Numbered from the whole stretch's first letter, positions 1 to 14,663 are shown. The stretch: DNA of 62,987 nt, filler included, from Bigelowiella natans CCMP2755 (GCA_000320545.1; 6 parts of 6 records of this genome joined end to end with filler, not necessarily neighbours in it); one strand, 5' to 3'. The notes: generated from the sequence alone by a model not told the origin. A program made the numbers and translations.

Positions 1-359
1 CCGTTCGCCATTATCATCACTGCCATCTCCTCCCCTCCCCCCCCCCCTCCCCGTCTCCTCTTCGTATATAAGCTATGGCCGGCTGCCTTGCTCGTCGGTC
101 ATCGTTATGACTACTGTTACTGCTGTTATTTGTCGTTGTTGTTATTGCTGCCACCAAACAGAGCGTGGTTGTTGTGAGTGCGGAGCACATCTACGATGTC
201 GGGTAGTAATGCCGCGCTCTCACCAGAATTTATGCTCGCAAGCACGAATGCATGTCAAACGGTCTCTTCCTCCTCCTCCTCCCTCTCCTTCGCCTGTGTC
301 GTCTCCTTCTCCTCCCCCTCCTCCTCCTCCTGTTCCCATCCTTCTTCTCTCCTCGCAAG

Positions 360-571
360 GTGGAGACTCACATGTATCGATCCGCGGTCAAACGGGAACT
401 ACTACCCGATTTTGAGCTTGCAGGGAGATCTCAGTATGCCGGACGACTACAATGAGGGGTTTCTCCACGCGATCAAGGAGCTAGGTGGGGGGGGGGGAGG
501 GGAGGAATGGATGGAGAATAGTGGAAAGCGCTTAATAGAATACAAGATGTTCCTTAAACTATAACCCTTCT

Positions 572-616
<45 letters not shown>

Positions 617-838
617 CCTCCCCCTCCCCTTCTCTCCTCGATCTATTCATCTACCGTTGATCATCCCTCATGTTTACCGATTGATATCGACAACGACGAC
701 GACTTATAGGGCATAAGAGCGCGCCTCCCCAGCCTTACGTCCTGAGTATGGAACAGCATAGCAGAATAGATTACAGATGCGAATTACACAATCAAGCAAA
801 TAACGCCAGTAGTAGTAGTAGTCGTAGTAGTAGTAGTC

Positions 839-875
<37 letters not shown>

Positions 876-977
876 AGGAGAGGGATAGGTACTACTCACC
901 ACAGCAAAGCGCATTTGAAGATGATTTTCCAACATTTGTCTGCTAGGAGACGCCGTGTCCCTTTTGTCCTTGTGCTC

Positions 978-1023
<46 letters not shown>

Positions 1024-1096
1024 AGGTAAAGAAGAACGTTTTCTGAACGGCGATCTCGAGCATGACAAGCAAGTGAGAGAATCAAGCGCAAAACGC

Positions 1097-1136
<40 letters not shown>

Positions 1137-1664
1137 TGCCGCCAGTCACAATACCTGCTTCTACCCCCCCCCTTGTCACCGTCGTCGTTATCGTCATAAC
1201 AGGTGCTTCGCCCGCTGCGCAGAGGCCAATGGTAGCAACAGCATACAAGAGAGGGGTGGGGAGAGCAATGTTTGTCTTACTTATTACACACCTTATAAAC
1301 AATAGGCTTTGGATCTTTGCCTACCCTCCCCTCCCCACCTACACTCCCTCGGACAGCAAGGCATATGCCTACGTGGCCCCTGAGCCGAAGGGTAATAAAT
1401 AGCACGTCATCAGCGGAAACTGATGCAGGAGAACTAGCAGCAGCATTTGGCCATCTTGTGGCGGTGGTGGTAGTGGCGGCGTGTGTTTGTTGTGGTGCTT
1501 TTATCCTATCACCCTTCTATTATTCTTATGATTGATGATGATGATGATGATGATGATGATGCTGTTTTCTCTTGCGTATTATACGATCCCAGGCATGGTT
1601 TTGAAGCTCCGGCAGCGTGATGTGATCATGAACGACAACGGTACTCATGTGAAACTAGATGTGC

Positions 1665-1695
<31 letters not shown>

Positions 1696-2121
1696 TTTCC
1701 CCTTCGCGGCAAACACGCGGGGGAGGGGGGGAGGGGGTTGCGTCCTGGGTTTCCGGGGGGCAATTTGCTATCTGTTTTCTTCCATCTCCTCCCTTGGCTA
1801 TTCCCTCTCCCTCCTCCTCCTCCGCATCATCATCATCATCATCATCATCCTCCCCCCATCCCCCCTGCAGGGGAACAGACACTGCGGCTTGTGTTCGAGT
1901 GGCACTCGACGGATAGGGGAAGGTGGGCCATAGCGAATGAACCGCAGGAACAATGAGAATCAAATTGAGAATTCTTTGCCTGAAAGAGCGCCTCGGCTGA
2001 CACCTCATCATCTGTGTTGATCTTATACTTCGTCGTAGGGTGCTGCATAGGAGGCGTATCGATACGACGGTGAACCTCTTCCTCCTTGCTCCTAACCCTT
2101 CCTCCGCTTTCCTTCCGTCTT

Positions 2122-2185
<64 letters not shown>

Positions 2186-2683
2186 TATAGGTGGGGAGCG
2201 TATAGGAAGGGGGGGAGAGACTCCGTGCGACAGACTTCTCTGTACCCTTTCACGTTCAAAAATTCCTATCCAACGACACATTATTCAGAGCTTATTACCA
2301 TTTTCAATGTTATTATTCATTTTCAGGTGTCTATCGTGACAATTGATGTGGGCGTAGAGGGGGGGGGTGTGTTTGATTTTCCTCCTCCTCCTCCTCCTCC
2401 TCCTCCTCCTCCCTACCATCACCGCTGAAGTGTAGCTTGACAAGACGGAATGGCTCCGAGGGTACAGTTGCACTCACGCCTACCTTACGCTCGAAACAGG
2501 AGCTGAGGCTGTGCTTCTTCGGTGAAGTTGCAGCGATGACTAAAACGCGCGACCATATTTGCTCTAATCGTCAGCCCAACAGCTGGACGTGATCTCCGTC
2601 ATACCGATGAATGCAACTGCTATGGATTACGTGTTAGAGTGGCTCAGGATGCATGAGGGCATGTACGGTAATGCTAGCATGGA

Positions 2684-2718
<35 letters not shown>

Positions 2719-3709
2719 CAACAACAACAACAGAAGCTAAGATGGGGTAGCGGTGGGAGATCAGTGTCTCATTGCTATTGTTTACGATCTGGTGGATGAT
2801 GACATATTTAGGCATATCGTCTTGCTTCATGTACCATTCAGGGGTATTATTATTATTAATATTATTATTATCATCATCATCATTGCAGCATGTGATGCGT
2901 CTCTCCTTTGACCCCTTCTTTCTCTTCGATGTAAATCACCGACTATCATAAGAGTGACTGTGCAGCCTAACATGGGATCGTCTTCATGTTACTTGTTTCT
3001 CAAACACATCATCATCATCATCATCGTCGTCATCGTCGTCGTCGTTGTTTCAATGGCTGCTGCAGACGTCCCTCCCCGAGCCGTTTGTCTACGCCGCGGA
3101 GATCGCTTGCGTGCTGCTGGGGGCCAAGCCCATAGGGATGGTGCAGTTCACATCTCCCTCCGACGATGAGACTGTGAGTAGATGTTGTTGGATTAGTAGT
3201 AGTAGTAGTAGTAGTTGTTGTTGTTGCTGCTGTTGTTGTTGTGTAGCAGCGGCAGAGTGAGGGGGGGTGGGGGTACAGAGGAAGAAGAGACGGTGACGAC
3301 GTTGTTTCCTCTGATTTATCCACAGGAAAGAAAGCTCCCTCGTTTTTTTACCTGTTACCCCAATGTACACGTATTATTCTCTTCTTCCTTCTTTTCTGAC
3401 TACCTTTGATTCTGTTTAGGTTTATCCGTTGGTGGACGAGTTGTGCCAACATATTGTCGCATTCCAAGCACTCGCCACGGAGGCTAATCCATTTCCAGTT
3501 GATTGGGAGGTCCGACGCTCTCCCTCTCCCCCTCTCTCTCTTTCTCTCTCCTACCCCCCCCTCCCTTTCTAAATTTGCATATCTGTGAAAAGCCGAATAG
3601 ATCCACGTCATCGACAACCTCACCAACAATCCCGTAACAACTAGGTGTTTAAGTATACATATCCGGAGACAGGCGCAGATCATGAGGTTCGGTAGAGAAA
3701 TATATGAAT

Positions 3710-3744
<35 letters not shown>

Positions 3745-3913
3745 AGTGGTTATAATGGTGGTGGTAATGATAGAACGACGGAGAGAAATGCTGATGACGG
3801 TGTTGAAGAGAAGGGGAAAGAAGAAAAGCGTTTCTTAAAGAAGAAAAGCGTCTCTTTTCTTCAAGTAGAACTAAGCTCAATACCAACCAATCGATGAAGA
3901 CTCGATGTATCTT

Positions 3914-3955
<42 letters not shown>

Positions 3956-4513
3956 TGTGTGTTGTGTGGGGGGGAATTATGCATTATTGCACATTCTCTC
4001 TTTCAGACCCTAATTGTCTACCAAAAGAAGCGGAGATACCTCGTGGACGCCCTGAGGCCCCGAGGAAATGTAGATTTATTATAAAATCTCCGACAGTACT
4101 AATGCAACTATGCGTGATAATGAATACTGAAAGGAAAGAGAGGGGTGAGCGAAGAAGCAAGGGCTGGGTGTCAGAGTTGAAAACCTGGGGGGGGGTAAGG
4201 GACACACGATGAGGGTCCTCTTGATTCCTAGCAATAGTTCTAACAAAGGAATCGTCATCGTCGTCGCCTCTTATCAGGTTGCACAAGCCCTGCATATATT
4301 GCCGTTTCCAAGAAATTCAAATGAAGAAGATCGGGTAGATGTGAGAATGGAATCATGATGATGGTGGTGGTGGTGGTGATGGTAATGATGAAGGGATGAT
4401 GGTAGAGACAACTCGTCGGACAAATCCACACGCGCATGTTCGTACATATGCTGAAAACATCAAACATACACTCACACACACACACACACAAACACACAAA
4501 TAAATTTCATATG

Positions 4514-4558
<45 letters not shown>

Positions 4559-5313
4559 TGTATGTGTATGCGGCAACTGGTGTGTATGGTATATGCACCA
4601 TCATTTCCTTTCTGGGAAATCATCGTAAACACCTGCCAACACTATTTCTGCAGGTTAGCGACCTGAAAGAGCAGTTGTTCCTTTCCTACTGGAATGGAAA
4701 AGTTCTCGGGTAGTACCATAATCCAGGAGATAGCTTTCCAAATTTAACCCCCCTTCCCCCCCTTGTTATCCGCAAAGAATACATGTAACTGTTTGGAGCT
4801 GCGAAAAAGTTACGACTTTGTTTGTTCCAGAGGAAATGCGAAGGAAGGGGGGGGGGGGGAAAGGGTGGGAAGGAGGGGAAATTGGTGATAAGAGGATCAT
4901 ATACGTATTATTGACAAGGGCTTCTCTCTTCAATTGTTTTCATTCATTCGCTCTGTGACGATCGTTGCCATTCTTCCTGGTCATTGCTCTTCCGTTTCTG
5001 CAGGTACCCTGACAACATGATAGAAGTGTATATCCAAGGCTTCAACACCGACTTAGGCGTAGCGGACCGATCCGAGCAAATATATAGGGGGAAACAAGCT
5101 GTATTGAAGCTGTTCGCTGAGCCTGATTTCGAACCTGTTACCATTGGAATGGGCCTAGATCCTCCCGTAGACCCCCGCTTTTGGAATTCGCTTCCGAGCG
5201 TCCGTGGATTTAGCGATTTAAGACGACGAGCAGGCATAATAGGAGCTGCCGACGACGAGGATTCAGATGAGCAATCATGCACGGATTACGATGCTAGTGG
5301 TGGCTCATGCTAA
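360..5313 (+). CDS. Multi-exon hypothetical protein, 5' end outside window; C-terminal region resembles DUF3793/DUF483-type 'G-x-KP...LGYP' domains
   Basis: GT-AG exons, e.g. from 360 WRLTCIDPRSNGNYYPILSLQGDLSMPDDYNEGFLHAIKEL; 3066-3174 TSLPEPFVYAAEIACVLLGAKPIGMVQF; ~4006 TLIVYQKKRRYLVDAL; 4654-4709 VSDLKEQLFLSYWNGKVLG spliced in phase to 5004-5313 YPDNMIEVYIQGF...GGSC*. Family resemblance is by eye only. Confidence 0.6.
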
Positions 5314-5632
5314 TCTTTACAGTGGGGTGATAATTATGATAGCTCGAAGTTGTGGATTATAAATGACCTTCGTACACTATATTGGAGAGATTCGCATCGG
5401 GACATGGCCTAGATGGCAGCTAAGGGCACGCATTATGCATGTAGTGTATATCCTCACATGATGTTTACATAGCGCGATGGACCTCATGTTGTTTAATGCA
5501 CTTCATAAATCAATTTGCGAGAAGCGAAAAATGCATAATTCAAATGCAAAGAACCGCAGAGAGTACACATCAGTGGGCGTTGCCTCAATCCTCTGCTCAA
5601 AGTACTACGATTATAGACACAGTAATATGACA

Positions 5633-5682
<50 letters not shown>

Positions 5683-6590
5683 AAGTAACATAATATATTT
5701 GAGAGGATGTAATGAAATGTTCAAATATTTATTCAAATGGTCATCCTAATGTAGCTATGCAGAGCAGCGGCTACAGCGCTCAAGTTGTATCTGTTTGTTC
5801 CTTGTATCACATAATATATATAGTACATATATAATATTACGATGTCTATTATTACGCACCATCGCATCGTCGAGCTAATGGTGCGTGCGTCGTGAGAGCG
5901 ATGTACACACATTGTATCAAAGACCTCATGGCGCACAATGACAGCACCTTGGGATGCTGCGCTACTACAAGACAGTAATTGAATGGCTGGTACGCTATCG
6001 AACCAGCATTGCGCGTGTAATGATAGCGCGTAGGCCGGTATCGTGTGCAGTGCTCAAAACCAATCATCGTAGCTCATTATTTAATGTTACTTAGTAAGCT
6101 GGAGTCTAGGATGTTGTATTTGAATTACTCGATAGTTTGCTATCTATGCTAGCTCTTACATCGGCTAGTTTCACCACATCGTGAAAGAGTCCACTAGCGT
6201 ACGAGTACAGCAATGGTAACTTCGGCTACTTACTCGTGGGAAGCTCGACGTGAGATATGGGTATCCGAGTAGTGACATTTCCAGGCAATTTCCTGCCAGG
6301 ATTTCCACCATCTCACGCCAGAGGCGATGAAAGCCCCTGGCTTTCCTAGATTGCCATGCATCCCCTGGGATCGCGCACTACGACTCAGCTAGTCGCATGT
6401 CGTGAATGAAAAACAGCTGCGAGTGATGCTAAACCCTGCACATATTAACCGACTTCGCGGGAAAGGGTATCTGAGTTTTCGTGAGGCGAAACGTCGGTGG
6501 AAAAATGGCCTATTTCCCCGTGTTTCTACCTTGCGACAAGCCTTCTATCCCAACCACGAACAAAATTCGAGTGGGCCTTCTCTCCCCCCG

Positions 6591-8622
6591 ATGCACCCAG
6601 CCGGCCAAGGGCTACCTCTCTCCACGCGGAGCATTCTAAAGGATGTCAAACATGTCCGCGAGGGGAAGGAAGACGATCTGTCTTTGAGTTACGATGAGCT
6701 CAGGGAGAAGCTCTACGAACGCTTCCATAATGAAGGTAGAAGAGTGATACCCCTTATTTGGGTGCTTGGTTTTTTTTGAGGGAAATATAGGATGCGAGTG
6801 TAAGAGAGGAATCGGAGAGACATGGTCAAGGAACCGAGGTCGAGGGAAAAGAGACGGGGGTTTGTGGAATGCAAAAGGAAATATTTCATACTTCCATGAT
6901 AACCCTCAGGAGTCATAAAAAGCTTGAAGTCCCAGCTTCGCTCGCAAGTATTAGGTCGCGTAAAGAGCATATTTATAATGTGAGAGTGATATGTAGCATT
7001 CAGGGCAGTTGGAATTATTTTTGGATATCACATGCATGGTATGAATTATATGAATGAACTTCTTTATTCCTAGGGAAGTTACGTGGAGACCCATTGTACT
7101 CAGCAATTAATGTCCGCGAGCAGAAGCCACTGACCATCCTTCAGGTACCAAATTTAAGACTTTCACTCATTCCTTTGAGAGCATGGGAAGTACCTTGTAT
7201 TTGGGGAGAAATAATTCATAATATTCTCTCTCAAAAATTGCTTCTATCTACGCAGCGTGCGATCCATTCATTAGTTGCTGAATTCCTGCACTGTCGCGAA
7301 TATCACCAAACACTATCCGTGTTTCTGCCGGAATGTGCCACCGAACTCCCTTCCAAAGAAAAGGTCCGTAAAGTATCGATGGATATGCTTGAGAGTAAAA
7401 AGAAGCACCTTGTTGGATGTCTTTCATCTTGAATTAAAATCGGCAAAGCGAATATATTATAAAAGCGTTGCCTTTGCTTGCAAAGGGCCATGGATATGGT
7501 CTGACATTTGAAGATGCAATAAACACGCTAAATCTGAGACCAAATAAGGTAATTTTCGAATAGTTTGCAGCATCTTAGAGAATCTATTATTTGCATGGCA
7601 CAAAACAACTGTCTGAAACTGTGAATTGGCGATAAAAGCTCTCGAGCGATCGGTACATCACTGGCATAGTCAGAGCATGTTCTTCGTCGAGGAAAAGCAA
7701 ACTTGAGGTAAGCATTCCGCAACAAACAATCCTGTGCGCTAAAGGATCTATACCGATCTTTGTGATGGCGAAACTTGATCACAGAACACAACATGGAAGC
7801 GACCAGCAACTTGCCATCCACATAAAGATTGCTGTTCTCTAATTCACTATAATTGCCACCAAAGCGAATTTATTCCGTTATCCCTTTTCACCACTCAAGG
7901 CGTTCATCGAAGCGTTTGCTAATCGGCCAGAGAAGCAGGGAGAGAAGGCAGAGAGCAGCACCCAAACGGCGCCGAATTTGTTCAATCCTGACATTGATAC
8001 CGTCGACTGGAAACTCAAAGTCGTAACAAAATAGTAGCAACAGATTTATTTATATCGACTCTTCTTCCAACCTCTCCGTATTCGCCAATAGCTCTCTGCG
8101 CACAATACAACTCACGCTATATGTCCCCGCTGCTTTTTCGGACTTAGAAACTGGAAGAAAAGTATCGATCGGACCTGGAAAAGGATGCTGCAATGCCGTA
8201 CCTGACCATGGTATGATCCTTGTTTCAAGAATAAACAACGACAAAATAAACCTTGCTTCACATCTTCCATCATCAATATCATTAGGAGGAAAGGATGCAA
8301 AAGTACCAACGGGACTGCGATAAACGGGCCCGGACGGAAATCGAGCAAGAGGTCACTCTCTCGTCTCTTTACACGCAGGGTCGTACAAAAATACAACATG
8401 TTTATTGTTCAGATTCGGAGGATACGCTCGACGGAGATCGCCCAAGTGCGAATAGAGGAGAGAATGCGCTACCGCCAGGAACTAGAGGTTCCATCTGAGG
8501 GGGAAATGAAGAATACTTGATAAACCACAGATTCTCCACGAGGGATGACATGACGCCTGCCGCTGAAAAAGGGGGGGGGGCTGAGGCGATACAGTGCTCT
8601 ATACACCAATTCTCAACCCCCC

Positions 8623-8698
<76 letters not shown>

Positions 8699-9513
8699 TA
8701 TCCCAGGTTGTACAGCAGCAGATAGAAGAGATGTACAAGCAGCGTCTGACCGACCTCCGGGACAAGGAATCGAAAATGCAGCATGACATCAATCAGAGGC
8801 ACCCACTTGTGGAAGTCAGTAGTCCAATCCGAAGTAGTTTGTTAGTGTGTAAAAGAAGCGTTGAGGAAGGCAAGGGTGAATGAAAAAAGCACGATCCGCC
8901 AGACAATAAAAAAGAACAGCCCATTAGTTTCTTCTTCTTCTTTTTCTTCTGATTCATGGCATGAGCCTTTCTTAACACCTCACCGAAAATCACTATTGGC
9001 TTTTGAATCGACAGTGCTCGCTATTGTTATATTGCTACTCTTGAGAGAGCAAAAAGTGTAACATTCATAAATTTCTTCCAGGACAGCGCATTTAAGCAAC
9101 GACAGCGCATACTGGACGATATGGAACGCTTGCGTGAGGTAAAGAGAGTTCAGTAGACGAGGGGGGGGGGGGGGGGTTATCGTTTAAAGTGTAATACGTC
9201 GAACACAAATATAACTCAAGCACAGATACTTCTCCTTTCCCCTTCCCTCCCCAACACACACGCACTCGCGCGCGCGCATATCTGTGCAGTGTTATTTAGC
9301 TAAGCACATGTCACAATCCACACAAAAGAACACGGGTTTCGATGACTGTTCATTCCCTGTGCCCCCTTGATCCTGTTTCCCAGCGCGAGCAAGCCGTACG
9401 CCGCACCGAGGTGCAGAACGCCAAAAGGGCGCAGCTTGAAGAGGAGCGACTCTCACACAAAGCAATGTTGCTGGACCGTCAAATGAGAGAGTAAAGAAGA
9501 CGAAGAAAAAGAC

Positions 9514-9557
<44 letters not shown>

Positions 9558-12500
9558 CGATGGGTGAAGGGCTTGGGGTTTGATATTCTTCTACCGTTTT
9601 CTTTGATCCTGCCATGTTTTATGCGTTTTCTTTTCCATATCAATGATGTCCATTCTTGCCTTCTCGCTTTCTGTGGCGTGGTTTGCGTAGCTATGAAAAG
9701 GCTCGTAGAGAGATAAATGAGGCCCAGAGACAGGCAGCAGAGCAGGCAAGAGACCAGACGAACAGGGAATGGGAGGAGAAAATCAAAACCAGCGCAGAAA
9801 TGCGCATTGAGGACGCGAAACTTATGCAAAAAATGAGGTTCGTTTGCACCCATCATTGTGCGAGTGAGGGAGATTATGGTTATGAATGTTCTGTCCTCAT
9901 GAACAGGGAAGAGCTAAAACAAGAGAGAGCGCGGAACGAGGCAAAGCAAGCGGAGTTGGATCAGGAGCGACAACGCCTGCAGGATCTCAAAGGAAACGTA
10001 CAGGTGCTACTGCTCTGTAAACATTCAACCGTGTTTATTCACTGCGCCACAGCTTCGACCTTGTCGCATTACAAGCTATATCGATTTGTTAGAGAAACGC
10101 TTTCCTTCGTAAATCACAATGCTTTAGTAATGATGCCTTCTTCTCACGTTATCTTGCTATCCTCCTACTTCCTACGAAATCTTGTGCAGGAGCTAAAGAT
10201 CCGTGCAGAGATGGGGGAAGAGGAGATGCAAAAGCTCAAGGATGTACTCTAAACCTCGTCGTTCCCTGCTCATCACAAAACATCTCCTGCATACCTATCT
10301 ACCTTTATGCCTCATCCTTTTTATCTAATTCGTGGTATTGAATCCGATGTTGGAAAATAAATATAACAAAACAAACAGGAGAAAGTTGAGCATGTGCAGC
10401 AGTTGGCCGAAATGGCTGCTCTCCGGGGCCACGTGGAAGAGCTTGAGAGGAAACTGAGAGAGGCTCAGGCCAATGGTGACCAAGCTGTCTCGGACGTGAA
10501 AAAGGCTGCAAGGCAACACGCGCTGGGAGCTGCAAAGGCCAAAGAGATGGCTGTTCAGCGATTGCACACCGCTATACTCAAGCTTAAGGCCGACTTCAAG
10601 AAACGCCAGAAACTCTACGAAAATGCCCTCAAAGGCCTCCAAAAGCGTTTAGAGGTCAAAGAATATGCAGCCCCTGTTCTCACTCTCTCAATTACTGACT
10701 CACTCTCACTCATCGTCTGTCTCTATGTTTCCTGTTGTTTACTTGTCATTTCTTTCTCCCCCGTTGCAACGACGACCTCACCCTATCGTCCTCCCCCCCC
10801 CCTCCTGTGCGTAACCGTTCTTCTTCCCAGGTGAAGTCACGGCAAGAGAGCGCCCTGGATGCCCAACGCGAAAGCGATCGACAGACCATAAGGCGGCTTG
10901 AGCGTCAACTAGTGGCGGCAAACCTGCTCAAAAATGCCGCTGCAGGCGTCAGGGCCATCGGTAGCGTCGGCAACGATGTCCTCAATTCAGCTCCACCGTA
11001 CCATCCCCCCCACAACCCTCATCACCAGCAGCAGCTTTATCAGCCCTTGGGAACGAATCTCATCGCTGAACTGCCTCTTCAGTCTACCTTAGATATGGCT
11101 GCAGTGAATAAAATCAACAAATTGCGGGAGAAGCAGGGCAGGGGGTTGGATCACAGGGGAGTGGTAATCGAGGGGTGGTGATGGTGTCAAAGAATGGCAT
11201 CGGCAGGCCCAGCGATGACGAGCGGCGAGAGATAGCGGAACTTGAGCGTGAGGATCACGAAGTCATATTGAAAAGGGAGACTGCGGAGGCGGAAAGACGA
11301 AATCAGGTCAACGGCAATTTCAGCCCCCCCTCCCTCCCAAGCTATCTCTCTAAACTTCCAACGTGTGTGGCGCTCATGCTTATACTTGCGAACAGTTGTA
11401 CGCCCAGGGTTCGGAGTGGAGAAAGTCTTCTCGGTACGTTGGTCCTCGCAATCTTTTCCTCGTGTTAGTTTGGCAGTGCTGTTGTTGCGGTTCAATCGCT
11501 CATTTTCCTATAGAGCGATCGTGAATGAAAGAGGGGAGGAGAGTCGGGCTAATACCACATTTCCTATTCTCCCTCGATGTTCTCCTTTTCGATATAAGTT
11601 CTGCTGTACCTGAGCTTGAATTCTCCCTTTCCGCAACCCCCTCCTCTGTCTTAGCGGGCAGAAAAGCTGGTACCCGTCCAGCTCATTTGACAAGCGATAC
11701 CATAGACGACGCCAGCATCCTATGCAACATTCAAAGGCTCGTCTTCCGAATCGCTCCACAGCTTCGGCTTCTGCAATGCCCAAAATCAGTACTTCCGCAA
11801 CCCAAGAGAGGAAGGGGGGACGTCGGACTTCAAGTGCGGTAGCACTCCAGCTTCCAAAACCTGCTTCTCCCAGTGTAAACATCGATAAAGTAGACACAGG
11901 CGACGATGGGCAGGTGCAGCAGCGGCAGCAGGAAGAAGAGAGACGCAATTTGATAAGTCCTCCAGTTGGTCTGCCAGCAACTGCGCATATTGAAGACGTT
12001 GCAGCGAATGTACCAGGAAAAACGCAAAGGCAAACGGTGACTGAGAAGAATGCTGCGCCGCTTCCGATTACACGCGATAGTGGCAACCATCATGATCAAA
12101 AGGTTCTCCAACTCAAATTACAAACAATCATACAAACATCAACCATACATACCCATACCAATGCACATATGAAATGCTTCCTCATGCTCTACAACTGCAT
12201 TTGACGATTATCATTTTATTTTCTGACTCTACGAATAATACATGGAACTGATTGAAACAATTCAGCACATCGTGGCAACAAGTTCGACGAAAATGGCGAC
12301 GAACCAGGCAGAGGCTAATCTTCCCGTTGTAGCTCCGACTGCCACTCCCCTCAACGTGGATCACTCAAACACAACTGACCACATTTCGACTGCCGACAAC
12401 ACAACGCCGGTTTCCAGTGTAAAAGTAGCTAAACCGAAGACGACGACGGAGATGGAACAGTTACATGTGACAATTACTCCTGTCGAAGAAGAATTGGAGC

Positions 12501-12904
12501 TTAAAAAAGAGAATGCAGATGCTGCCGCTACAACAACGACAACAAAGATTAGCGAAGTGTCCGGTGATGCAAAATTAAATGAAGTCTCCACTATTAAATC
12601 TCCAAATATGGCAGGTGTTAGTGATGAAGTCGATGGAAAGAAATTGGCCACAGATAAAGTAGTAGATCCACCAATCAGAGGTCATGGCGACAGCAAAAAC
12701 GGTATTGAAACAGAAACATCCCCTGTGTCTCCTAAGCAGGGCTCTGATCGGACACCAAAGGCAAATCGACGGGGAAATCTCTCTCCGTTGGCTTCCCAAG
12801 ATTCCTCTGCATCTTTAGATTTGGATTTCACTGGTGAGGGTACCAATGGCGACAATGAATTCTCGTGGATGGACAACCTGGGCGCAGATGATGAAGAATT
12901 CTAG
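6591..12904 (+). CDS. OFD1: OFD1-like centriole/basal-body protein (LisH + long coiled coil), multi-exon
   Basis: Spliced N-terminus ELREKLYERFHNEG|VIKSLKSQLRSQVL...RAIHSLVAEFLHCREYHQTLSVFLPEC matches the OFD1 N-terminal/LisH pattern. Coiled-coil exons at 8.3-11.3 kb; low-complexity last exon ends at 12904. Start codon uncertain (6426 or 6591). Confidence 0.8.
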
Positions 12905-13155
12905 AGTGACATGCAGCGATGCTAATGTTTACTTCACGGTCCCTCTACCAACCTGTTTGCTTTATGACTGTACATTGATGAGGCTGATTGAATGCTCGCC
13001 GCTGTTGAGAGAAATTCTGACGCACCAATGAAAGTCATGTTCGTGCTAGCGCTGGTTCTAATTCGCATGTTTCAATCTCGTACCAAAGAAAATTGCAAAC
13101 TATGCGTAGCCAGCTTCGCAGCAGCAGTCCCACTCTGTGGCGGAAGCATCGTCTT

Positions 13156-13915
13156 TCATTTGTGTCGCCATGATGAACAAGTTGATGTAGATCGAGGGGC
13201 TCTGGCATCATGTGGTTTACGATGGTTTGCATCGCATGGCTCCAATTGAATTGTGACATCCGCAGCATTGAACAACAAATCCCAGCCGCCCTTGAGTTGC
13301 GCATTCCTTTGTTGCTGCACATTCAAGTCGTCGATCTGGACGTGGGCCTCTGCAGACAAGTGTCACGAATTGCTGCCAAATGCATGCATCACATCGTGGA
13401 CAGCATGCAATCCAAGACACATAACGTTGCGATGCGCATGCAATGCATGTCAACAATTACCTTGCCTGTGAACAAGTTGCGTGCAGCACATGGGGAACGC
13501 GTGCAATCTGACCAATGAGCACGAACGTGCTCACAGCGACAGGGTTCTGTTGATAAATCAGACGGATACATGTACAATGTGTTGCGACAAGGAATATTTC
13601 CCTGATTAGGGGAAAATCTCATGCAATTTTGTCTCTACTGATACCTCCTTGTGGTTTCGAAGGGATTCCTCCTCAGAGACATGCAAATTGATACGCGTCA
13701 CTTGCAAGTCGGCACTTTCGGCAGCAGTGGCCGATGAGGATCCTATTTTTCCCTGCGACTTGGTTTTGCACTTACCGCTCAAAGGGAACACCCAGGACAT
13801 GATCACACTTCTTCCGCGCTGCAAGATGGTGCCCGGTGCCTGAACGGCAGGAAGAGTTTGTGTTCATCGTTGAGTCAGCAGATTCCAGAAGAGCCTTCCC
13901 GTCATTTTTTGTGAC
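13156..13915 (-). pseudogene. Degenerate exon-like relics inside a TpA-depleted island
   Basis: Tyr-free, protein-like frame after an acceptor: EAHVQIDDLNVQQQRNAQLKGGWDLLFNAADVTIQLEPCDANHRKPHDAR. An upstream exon ...HHLAARKKCDHVLGVPFER ends at a gtaagt donor near 13775. No coherent full model. Confidence 0.35.
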
Positions 13916-13985
13916 TCTCGTCACATTTTAGAATAGCTTGGTCCCATAGTTTACCCGCTCCTGAGCAGTAGGAGAATTTGCCAAC

Positions 13986-14052
13986 ATGGGGAAGAAGGTG
14001 CGACGACCTGTGTGAGCGACTACAGGCTTGCTCAGTTTAGCTCAATCTTGCT

Positions 14053-14136
<84 letters not shown>

Positions 14137-14615
14137 GTGTGTGTATGTATATGTGTGATGTGTGCGTTTTGTTGTGTTCAAAATTAAGGCGAAGAAAAGT
14201 ACCAAATCTTTCCAAAAGAAGCATCTCTCCCAGACTATACAGTCCAGGAGAAGGCGCAAAAACATCCAGGTTATACCCCGAGCGCCGACACAAGTCTTTA
14301 TGTCTCGAATCTTCTCTAATCAGCCATCAGCACCATGATAGTGATAATGATGTTGGTGGTGATCGTGGTTCGACGATGATGAAGAAGCAATATTTTGAGT
14401 TCCTCTCATTCTCTGCCTATCTATCCTCCTTACCAGTCTGCACGTAAGATGCGTGAAGAGAGGAAAAATGCCCGGGCAGAAGCTCAGGTAGCGCATTTGT
14501 TGCTGTGGTGCTTGGAAACCGTTGTTATTATAGCCGTGGCACTAGTATCTATAGCAGTCATGCGCGTGCGTGCATGTGTATCTGTGTCTGTGTGTGTGTG
14601 AGAGAGAGAGAGAGA

Positions 14616-14663
<48 letters not shown>

